Origin: Macrostomum lignano
Taxonomy: Eukaryota
Direction: 5' to 3'
DNA: 56,298 nt
Assembly (NCBI GenBank): GCA_002269645.1
Contig: NIVC01004184.1
Span: 1 to 56,298, forward strand
Numbering within the stretch: the first letter of the stretch is position 1; every line of letters starts with the position of its first letter. Below are positions 1 through 9,592 of the stretch, piece by piece. Position numbers and translations under genes: made by a program. The notes beneath the pieces are model-generated. The model had not been told where the DNA came from. It was given only the letters and a program-made list of their open reading frames with translations, and ran no database searches.

Positions 1-459
1 TCTCCTCTCTCTCTCCTCTCACTCCATTCTCCTCTCTCTCCCTTCACTCCATTCTCCCTCTCTCTCCCTCTCACTCCATTCTCCCTCTCTCTCCCTCTCA
101 CTCCATTCTCCCTCTCTCTCCCTCTCACTCCATTCTCCCTCTCTCTCCTCTCACTCCATTCTCCCTCTCTCTCCCTCTCACTCCATTCTCCCTCTCTCTC
201 CCTCTCACTCCATTCTCCCTCTCTCCCTCTCACTCATCCCTCTCTCTCCCTCTCACTCCATTCTCCCTCTCACTCCTTCTCCTCTCTCTCCCTCTCACTC
301 CATTTCCCTCTCACTCCATTCTCCTCTCACCCCATATTCTCACCCCATTCTCCTTCTCACCCCTTCATCATCTCACCCCCTTCTCCCTCTCACCCCCTTC
401 TCCCTCTCACCCCCTTCTCCCTCTCACCCCCTTCTCCCTCTCACCCCCTTCTCCCTCCC
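1..459. repeat. CT-rich minisatellite (about 27-bp unit ctctcactccattctccctctctctcc), degenerating rightwards
   Basis: The cactccatt motif recurs at 27-nt spacing (e.g. 72, 99). Confidence 0.9.
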
Positions 460-902
460 ATCCCATTATTACTCTTAGAAATTCCCTCAGCCTTTTCTCC
501 CTTTTCAAGCCCTACAAGTAAAAAAAGTATGCACCAGCTTATAATGCAAGCATGGTCTGGGTGTGTTCAGAGCTTTGATTTTTTGTATCGCAAATATTAT
601 TTATCAGTTTTTGTAATAAATTATCATTTACGCTTTGTACTACTTAGTACGAGTATAAGCTTTGAAGAGGCGATTTTGCGCGCATGCGATCCGATCTTTA
701 TTGGGGAACTAATTGTAAAATTATAGTTTATAAGAGTATTATTCCCCTAGATCTGTGTGTGTACTATTTGTTGTTGGTATAGAGTCAAGTATTTTTTCTG
801 ACGTTAAAATGATTGATTCATCAGATTTATTTTTTCAAATTGAATCCGTTGCTACTACTGCTATTAGTATTAATATTATGTTTATTTAATTTCATATTTT
901 AG

Positions 903-1334
903 GCTACCGAGGATTCTTCCGCGGTCGCCAAGCCAAAGGGTGAGATTCCTTTTGTTTCAGCCTGCTGCTGCGCACTCAGTGACACCTGAGTGGCACCTGA
1001 ATTAGGTCACCTTCATCACTAATCTCGACTTCATCCTCAACTCTCCAGCCAAGCCTGCTGGCAGGTCGCACAGTTTCGCGAGTCGCCTGCGCCGCGCCAT
1101 CATCGGCGGCGGCGGCAACGGCAGACGGCCGGTCAGCACAGACCGAGGCGGCGGCGGCGGCGGTGAACTTCCGGCCACTTCCGGTTTGCCGAGCAAACAG
1201 CAGCCGGATGTTGGCGGTCGCATCAGCGGCGGTGGCGGCCTCAGCGGCAGCCTTCGGAGGCTGTTGAGCGGTCGCGGACTTCGCGGGCACAAGCGGCGGC
1301 TGAGGCCTCAGGACCAGACTGGTGAGCTTGGAGC

Positions 1335-1432
<98 letters not shown>

Positions 1433-1433
1433 G

Positions 1434-1520
<87 letters not shown>

Positions 1521-1529
1521 GTGTCTGTC

Positions 1530-1578
<49 letters not shown>

Positions 1579-1628
1579 GTGTCTGTCTGTCTGCCTTCTT
1601 GTCTGTCTGTCTGTCTGTCTGTCTGCCT

Positions 1629-1694
<66 letters not shown>

Positions 1695-1800
1695 GTCATA
1701 TTTGGAGTTAAATTTCCCAGAATTTTCAAATCGACTTCCAGCCGAGAGTTCAAATCCGGTATCCGACCGCAGCGGCTGGAACAGCGAAGAGATTCTGTGA
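903..1800 (+). CDS. 3' exons of an unidentified gene (903-939, 1006-1321, 1721-1800), Gly/Arg-rich C-terminus ending ...GWNSEEIL*
   Basis: AG/GT boundaries (tttag|g, agg|gtgag, attag|gtc, g|gtgagc, cccag|aa) give one continuous frame to TGA at 1798-1800. AATAAA follows at 1831. No recognisable domain. Confidence 0.5.
1334..1696. repeat. (TCTG)n microsatellite, intronic in the model above
   Basis: Direct reading; accounts for the CLSV/DRQT ORFs. Confidence 0.97.
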
Positions 1801-2611
1801 CTTGTGAGGCTCCAAAACATTCCGGAATTAAATAAATAAAATATCAGATATATAAATCCTTTGAGTAGCAGCTGATTTCAAATTTTCGAAATGGGTAATT
1901 AATTTGTTAGCCGCAGTTGCATGATATAAAAAAGCTGTTGTCTCTTCTCTTCTCCTCTATCTTTATTTCTATTGAGGACTTTCGATTCAAATTTTTCGAT
2001 TCCCTGCTTTTAGAAGCAATTTTAGTTTAGAAAAATTTTACTAGAGGAGTTTTTCACAAATTTAGTTTGCTATTCTGCACCCAAGTATTTCTGCACTCAT
2101 TATCGTGCTGATTTTTTCATATATATAATTCTATTTAGTAAGGTATATGCGCACTAGTCTACTTATTGATTGCCTGGTCAGTAGTGTGTATTTTGAGAAT
2201 ATTCCGCTTTCAGAAATCATTAAAGAAATATATAGATTAAATTTTAAGCACTGCTTTGTTATCTAACTCAGTCTATAAGTGTCAATTTGTGATTTTTAGT
2301 TAGTATCCCTTTGATTTGGTTGTTTTAATTTATATTGCCAACTCTGGCTAGAGATTTGCACGCTCATTGTTAACATTTTGCGCGTTTTTTGTTATATCAG
2401 ATTTTTCGCTGTCTGTATTTTGAAAGTTATTGCAGTACGAGTATGTTTTGTTCCTAGGCAGTCTAGGATTTTTTATCTGATTGTTGTCATCGAGTTATGA
2501 GCAGCTTTATCGGCGTTAAATATTGTTTTTACACCTCCGGTTAATTGCAGAAAGCAAATATATTTGATACCTATTCTGTGTAAGACTTTTTTGACTGACC
2601 ATTTTGATAGC

Positions 2612-3480
2612 AAGGTGGTCCCTGCTGTAGAGGGACATTGCAGAGGTGGTCCCTGCTGTAGAGGGACATTGCAGAGGTGGTCCCTGCTGTAGAGGGACAT
2701 TGCAGAGGTGGTCCCTGCTGTAGAGGGACATTGCAGAGGTGGTCCCTGCTGTAGAGGGACATTGCAGAGGTGGTCCCTGCTGTAGAGGGACATGACAGAG
2801 GTGGTCCCTGCTGTAGAGGGACATGACAGAGGTGGTCCCTGCTGTAGAGGGACATGACAGAGGTGGTCCCTGCTGTAGAGGGACATGACAGAGGTGGTCC
2901 CTGCTGTAGAGGGACATTGCAGAGGTGGTCCCTGCTGTTTTTTTAGAGGGACATTGCAGAGGTGGTCCCTGCTGTAGAGGGACATTGCAGAGGTGGTCCC
3001 TGCTGTAGAGGGACATGACAGAGGTGGTCCCTGCTGTAGAGGGACATGACAGAGGTGGTCCCTGCTGTAGAGGGACATGACAGAGGTGGTCCCTGCTGTA
3101 GAGGGACATGACAGAGGTGGTCCCTGCTGTAGAGGGACATTGCAGAGGTGGTCCCTGCTGTAGAGGGACATTGCAGAGGTGGTCCCTGCTGTAGAGGGAC
3201 ATGACAGAGGTGGTCCCTGCTGTAGAGGGACATTGCAGAGGTGGTCCCTGCTGTAGAGGGACATGACAGAGGTGGTCCCTGCTGTAGAGGGACATGACAG
3301 AGGTGGTCTCTGCTGTAGAGGGACATTGCAGAGGTGGTCCCTGCTGTAGAGGGACATTGCAGAGGTGGTCCCTGCTGTAGAGGGACATGACAGAGGTGGT
3401 CCCTGCTGTAGAGGGACATTGCAGAGGTGGTCCCTGCTGTAGAGGGACATTGCAGAGGTGATCCCTGCTGTAGAGGGACA
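2612..3480. repeat. 31-bp minisatellite, about 28 copies (aggtggtccctgctgtagagggacattgcag, variant ...catgacag)
   Basis: Head-to-tail copies without spacers; each unit has an internal inverted repeat gtccct/agggac. Confidence 0.97.
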
Positions 3481-3617
3481 GTAGAAATTCCGTTTTTTAG
3501 TGGCACGGTGCTTGTATTTAACTGCTAAAATAATTATATTTTACAACTAAAATACCGCCAGCATGCCGGAAGTCCCGGTCAGTGCATTGAACCAGCGCGC
3601 AGACAATCTGGCATGCG

Positions 3618-5048
3618 ATGTCCGGTGCCACGCGACTCATGCTGCTGGAGTACCAACCGGTTCAACAGCTGAAGCAGCAGCCACCGGCTCTGCCTTCAGC
3701 GTCCCGGAAGCAGGCGGATTTGACGCTGCAGAGAGCCGTCACTTCTTACGCTTTGGCTCTGCCTGGACAGTTGAAGCAGAGACAGCCGCAGCCACAACCG
3801 CCAACGCGGCCTTCTGTACCGACGCTGCCCCGAAGGTCCACGAAGACGCCTTGTCCAGCGCCGGGGCCGTCTCGACCTGGCGCAGTCTCGACAACATCGA
3901 AGTCTCTGCTGATGCGACAGCAGACATCGAACGACTTGTTTAAATTGTCATCGTCTCGAATGCGACGCTCGACCGCTGCCACTCGAGTGGCGCCTGGCTA
4001 CTGGGCGATGGACTCGGCAGACGCTTGGGAGGCCGAGGAGCGGGCGCAGCAGAGGCGACGGGTTGGTGCAGGGTGCTTCACAGCGGTTGTGGCGGATGAT
4101 GGCTAGCGGTGATGCTGGATGGAGCAGGATTAGAAAATTTATGATTTTAGATCGTACTGGATGATTACGAGGGATACAAGATGGTTTCAGTTGATTCTGG
4201 GTAGCTCTGGGCGATGCAGTATGATGCCAGATGGCAATAGATGATACTAGATGATGCCAGATGATGCTAGATGATGCGAGATGATACTACTAGATGATGC
4301 GACATGATACTAGTTGATGCCAGATGGTACTAGATGATGTCAGATGGTACTAGATGATGCCAGATGATACTAGACGATGCCAGATGATACTAGATGATGC
4401 CAGATGATACTAGATGATGCCAGATGGTACTAGATAATTCCAGATGATACTAGATGATGCCAGATGGTACTAGATGATGCGAGATGATACTAGTTGATGC
4501 CAGATGGTACTAGATGATGCCAGATGATACTAGATGATGCCAGATGATACTAGATGATGCCAGATGGTACTAGATGATTCCAGATGGTACTAGACGATGC
4601 CAGATGATACTAGTTGATGCCAGATGATACTAGACGATGCCAGATGGTACTAGACGATGCCAGATGATACTAGTTGATGCCAGATGATACTAGACGATGC
4701 CAGATGGTACTAGATGATGCCAGATGATACTAGACGATGCCAGATGGTACTAGATGATGCCAGATGATACTAGATGATGCGAGAGGATACTAGATGATGC
4801 CAGATGGTACTAGATGATGCCAGATGATACTAGATGATGCCAGATGATTCTGGCCTGTTTCCAGTTGCTGTTTACAAATTATGGCTGATGATGCCACACA
4901 CAGCAGGCTCCAACCTGATGCATTTCACCTTGACGCTGTCACCTATTTCTAATCGCAACTTTAGATCTACGCGCTGAACAAGCTGATGACGGAATTGGAG
5001 GAGGAGAATTACTTGGCGTTCAAGTCATCTCAACAGCGTGCTGGTTGA
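3618..5048 (+). CDS. Two-exon gene (3618-4061, 4965-5048), about 175 aa, low-complexity N-terminus and C-terminal SVBP/CCDC23-like helix
   Basis: ATG at 3618, open to ...EERAQQRRR. A gttggt donor at 4062 and a ctttag acceptor give IYALNKLMTELEEENYLAFK, resembling human SVBP [21 protein letters not shown] (recalled sequence). The exact donor and start are uncertain. Confidence 0.55.
4245..4847. repeat. 20-bp minisatellite (cagatgatactagatgatgc), about 30 copies, inside the intron of the SVBP-like gene
   Basis: Direct reading. Confidence 0.95.
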
Positions 5049-5761
5049 GCTCAGTTTCTTGAGCAGCTTGCGAGGATGCAGAGCTTCTGATTTGTTTTCA
5101 ATGAAATCAATCAATTTTTCTGTAAAATTTTGCATCCCTTTTCTTGCGAATCTCGCGGCTTCTTTTTATCTTTCCTGACTTTTTTATTGATATAAACTTG
5201 CTCATCAATTTTTTATTTCTCTATCTTTCTTTAAAATCTTTAAAGAGCCACAGCTGCAGTGTATCTATGGCTATATACGCTCCAGTTACGCGTGATAATT
5301 TTTAGAAATTGAAATCAAATAAACAACTAATTTTGGACATAGTTTTACACCCGAATTTCTTACAAATTAACTTCGATGCTATCTAAAGGAAGTTGAACTT
5401 TACTTGCAATGTTTTATTTATATCGAATAAGAAGTGTCGCGAGACTTTTAAGTACAAAAGCGAAATTTTGCTTTGAAATTGTAGCGCTGTAGCAGACTTG
5501 TTTCTGAAGCCATGGAGATTTCATTTGGAGCAATATTTTAGTTGAATTTTCTACAGAAAAACACAAACTGAAAATGGTTACTTCACAAGTCGAACAGCCT
5601 ACTTGAAAAAATGAATTATTAAATTATGATATGCTAAGTCGGGTAAAAATGTGCGAACACACTAAATTTCTCCCGTCACCAGCGAATCTTTCAGCCCGAA
5701 TTGTCTATGGCAATTTCGGCCTCCCAGCGAGCTCAATAATGTACTGCGCGCATTATGGCTA

Positions 5762-7273
5762 TCAGTGCACAATGCAGTTCTTCAGCAGGCCACCCGTCTG
5801 TCCGCCACGAGCGTCGCTTCCGCCACTTCCGGTCGACCTGTCGGCCCCGCGGCGCCGCTTCCTGTTGCGCTGTCGCTGGCGCCGGCGACGTCGGCGTCGC
5901 TCCTCGCGCTGCTTCCTGCTCAGCCGTTTCCTGCCGCGACGATCCCGGCGACTGCCATGGCCGCTGCCAGCCATCGCGGCACCCGCCGAGTCTGCCTGCA
6001 TCTGCGGCTGCCGCTCCGGCTCCCCGTCCGCTGCGTTCAAGTCCACCTGAGAGGATAAAGGGACAGTCAATGAGTCACCGTGGATTTCATTGGAAGGCCA
6101 TCGCTGTTATCCTGGAACCACCGGAAGAGAATCAGTGGATTCCACATCATGGAAGCACCGGAAGAGAATCAGTGGATTCCACATCCTGGAATCACCGGAA
6201 GAGAATCAGTGGATTCCACATCCTGGAATCACCGGAAGAGAATCAGTGGATTCCACATCCTGGAATCACCGGAAGAGAATCAGTGGATTCCACATCCTGG
6301 AATCACCGGAAGAGAATCAGTGGATTCCACATCCTGGAATCACCGGAAGAGAATCAGTGGATTCCACATCCTGGAATCACCGGAAGAGAATCAGTGGATT
6401 CCACATCCTGGAATCACCGGAAGAGAATCAGTGGATTCCACATCCTGGAATCACCGGAAGAGAATCAGTGGATTCCACATCCTGGAATCACCGGAAGAGA
6501 ATCAGTGGATTCCACATCCTGGAATCACCGGAAGAGAATCAGTGGATTCCACATCCTGGAATCAACGGAAGAGAATCAGTGGATTCCACATCCTGGAACC
6601 ACCGGAAGAGAATCAGTGGATTCCACATCCTGGAATCACCGGAAGAGAATCAGTGGATTCCACATCCTGGAAGCACCGGAAGAGAATCAGTGGATTCCAC
6701 ATCCTGGAATCACCGGAAGAGAATCAGTGGATTCCACATCATGGAAGCACCGGAAGAGAATCAGTGGATTCCACATCCTGGAATCAACGGAAGAGAATCA
6801 GTGGATTCCACATCCTGGAACCACCGGAAGAGAATCAGTGGATTCCACATCCTGGAACCACCGGAATAGAATCAGTGGATTCCACATCCTGGAATCACCG
6901 GAAGAGAATCAGTGGATTCCACATCCTGGAACCACCGGAAGAGAATCAGTGGATTCCACATCATGGAAGCACCAAGAGTTAATCAGCATGCCCATGAATC
7001 CACAGGTTCACAAAGATGCCAAATCTTCATCACTCACCCCGAGGCTTCTGGCCTGTTGCACAACAGCTGAGATGCACTGCTTGAGGCACTCGTGGCAGAA
7101 CTCCTGCAAAGTAGCGCATTGTGTAGGATTCAAGTTAGAAAATTAGCACATATGGGCACGGCAGAAAGAGTTCAAATCTCAATCACGCACCTTCTTCTCC
7201 GAGTAGACGTAAACAAGCCGGTCGCATTTGGCGATGCACTCCTTGCGGCATACCAGGAATGCCCTCAGCTTGC
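5762..7273 (-). CDS. Three spliced exons (7273-7191, 7103-7038, 6046-5762): Cys-rich segment, poly-Arg tail, C-terminal CIVH*
   Basis: Canonical sites ttttag|gc, aag|gtgcgt, ttgcag|gag, ggg|gtgagt, ctctcag|gtg. Strongly GC3-biased frame reads KLRAFLVCRKECIAKCDRLVYVYSEKKEFCHECLKQCISAVVQQARSLGVDLN... The first of these exons starts in phase 1 and no dedicated start exon was found. Confidence 0.65.
6110..6972. repeat. 37-bp minisatellite (caccggaagagaatcagtggattccacatcctggaat), about 23 copies, intronic
   Basis: 37-nt periodicity (6181 vs 6218); internal palindrome gtgga-t-tccac. Confidence 0.97.
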
Positions 7274-7565
7274 CTAAAATGTTAATGTTTATGGTACTTT
7301 TCACGTCATGTTCTGTACGCTAATCTCAACCAGGTCACGTAGCTTGTATAAATTTTAGAAAACGCATCAAAAACTGATGTAGCTCGTAGATCGCGGCTAA
7401 TTCGTTCAATTTCATTCGGGTTGAGTTGAGTTCTTGCGGTTTATTTTTGTCAAAATTTTTGTTGTGGAACTGTAACTGAAACATTCAATTTGGAGCGTTT
7501 TACAATTCAGTCGTTACAAATTGTATTAGTTTTTTGTTCGAATTTCGCTGCTCCATCTCAGCTGA

Positions 7566-7780
7566 TCAAAGCTGTTTCAGTCTCATTCTCAGGTAGAAAA
7601 TGTTGGTTTTGAGCAGGCTGAAGTCTCTCTTGATCGTGGCCAGGTCCAAGACAACAATGCAAGTGAAGAATAGAATAACAATGGTGATGGCCACCATGCC
7701 GGTTTGCCAGGCTGCCGTGGCTTCCGTTGTTGGCGGCACGTACTGCTTCTGCCTGCCAAGGAGCTGGATGGCCGTCTTCT
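7566..7780 (-). CDS. Lectin/sushi gene exon 7: transmembrane helix and short cytoplasmic tail, stop
   Basis: gcgcag|ag acceptor; EKTAIQLLGRQKQYVPPTTEATAAWQTGMVATITIVILFFTCIVVLDLATIKRDFSLLKTNIFYLRMRLKQL*. Minus-strand AATAAA at 7440-7445. Confidence 0.8.
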
Positions 7781-7965
7781 CTGCGCGCGGGGTGGGAGTG
7801 GTAGTTTGTGATCAGGCTATGCAATCATCAGGCCAATCGCTTAATACCTTTGTGGTCTCAACCAAGTTCATCATGACGGCTCACTCTCTACTCTCAGAAC
7901 ATAGAAAATGGTGCTTCACCTTTCTCTACCCTCCCTCTGACAATACATCCCTCAATTCGGGGTGC

Positions 7966-8030
7966 GGGTGGAATAGCTCAGTGGTAACGCGTTTTGAATC
8001 ACTGTGATCAAACATGGTGACTTCAGGTAC
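7966..8030 (+). other. tRNA-like/SINE-like 5' fragment with Pol III A-box, no intact B-box
   Basis: tagctcagtgg (7974-7984) matches the A-box consensus TRGCNNARYGG in a tRNA D-arm-like context. The sequence runs into the 40-bp array where a B-box would be expected. Confidence 0.4.
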
Positions 8031-8890
8031 AGTGATCAGACACGGCGAACAGGTAACAGTAGACAAGTACAGTGATCAGACACGGTGAACAGGTAACAGT
8101 AGACAGGTACAGTGATCAGACACGGTGAACAGGTAACAGTAGACAAGTACAGTGATCAGACACGGTGAACAGGAAACAGTAGACAGGTACAGTGATCAGA
8201 CACGGTGAATAGGTAACAGTAGACAGGTACAGTGATCAGACACGGTAAACAGGAAACAGTAGACAGGTACAGTGATCAGACACGGTGAACAGGAAACAGT
8301 AGACAGGTACAGTGATCAGACACGGTGAACAGGAAACAGTAGACAGGTACAGTGATCAGATACGGTGAACAGGAAACAGTAGACAGGTACAGTGATCAGA
8401 CACGTGAACAGGAAACAGTAGACAGGTACAGTGATCAGACACGGTGAACAGGAAACAGTAGACAGGTACAGTGATCAGACACGGTGAACAGGTAACAGTA
8501 GACAGGTACAGTGATCAGACACGGTGAACAGGAAACAGTAGACAGGTACAGTGATCAGACACGTGAACAGGAAACAGTAGACAGGTACAGTGATCAGACA
8601 CGGTGAACAGGAAACAGTAGACAGGTACAGTGATCAGACACGGTGAACAGGAAACAGTAGACAGGTACAGTGATCAGACACGGTGAACAGGAAACAGTAG
8701 ACAGGTACAGTGATCAGACACGGTGAACAGGAAACAGTAGACAGGTACAGTGATCAGACACGGTGAACAGGAAACAGTAGACAGGTACAGTGATCAGACA
8801 CGTGAACAGGAAACAGTAGACAGGTACAGTGATCAGACACGGTGAACAGGAAACAGTAGACAGGTACAGTGATCAGACGCCGTGAACAGG
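8026..8890. repeat. 40-bp minisatellite (gtacagtgatcagacacggtgaacaggaaacagtagacag), about 21 copies, intron 6 of the lectin/sushi gene
   Basis: Direct reading; shares a core with the 24-bp satellite. Confidence 0.97.
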
Positions 8891-9070
8891 CCCGGTACTC
8901 AAAACTGTGCTCAGACGCACCCTCAGTCCCTCCGCCAAACTCCGCAGGGCCCTGAGCCCTGAGCATGTCCGGCAAAGAATCGGACAGTCGCTCCGTGTAC
9001 TTACTAGAAACGATAGCTCGATTTTCTCATACAGCAAATTATATACTTACAGTCGCTCAAGGACACTTAC

Positions 9071-9391
9071 CGATGCACATGCCAATAGTCTGGTTCCACT
9101 TGCCAGTCTTGGAGCAGGTGATGGTCATCTGTGCGAGGTTCAGCACCAGGTTGATTTTATCAGTGCCAGATTGTACAAACAGTCGGTCAGACGGGCAAGT
9201 CACGGAAATGTAACTGCCGTAGAGCAGGGAGCCCTGCGAGCTGATCTGATACCGGGTCATGTTGCTCAGCACATTGGTTCTCGCGTCGTAGATCACAATG
9301 CCCTCACTGATATGATAGCTCACTAGTAGGTCAACCACTGAGCCGCCCTCTTCCATGAGGTGGAACAGGTCAACCAGGTTGCACACAACCT
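9071..9391 (-). CDS. Lectin/sushi gene exon 6: sushi/CCP-like module
   Basis: taacag|ag acceptor, g|gtaagt donor, 321 nt, phase 1 to 1; ...YGSYISVTCPSDRLF...TITCSKTGKWNQTIGMCI fits the CCP C..C..W..C pattern. Confidence 0.85.
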
Positions 9392-9592
9392 CTGTTAGTG
9401 GGTGGGTAGAGCGTAGCAAGTGATCAGTATTGCGTTAGAATCACGAAATGCGGCTTTTTGGTTTGATCTTCTGACCGCCAACTTACACTTCCCCTTGGAA
9501 CCCTATTTTATGCATGCTACCTCGTAAATGAGGCCTTTATTATTCGAACGTCTCTTGTTCTCCGTTGCTTCTTCTCTTTCTCTTTCTGATAA

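Noticed and set aside
1186-1835. CLSV/DRQT ORFs (also at 41227-42264)
   Set aside because: Translations of (TCTG)n and (CAGA)n microsatellites.
2612-6972. CRISPR-like arrays (31-bp and 37-bp palindromic repeats)
   Set aside because: Units are directly head-to-tail with no unique spacers, there are no cas genes, and the context is eukaryotic and intronic.
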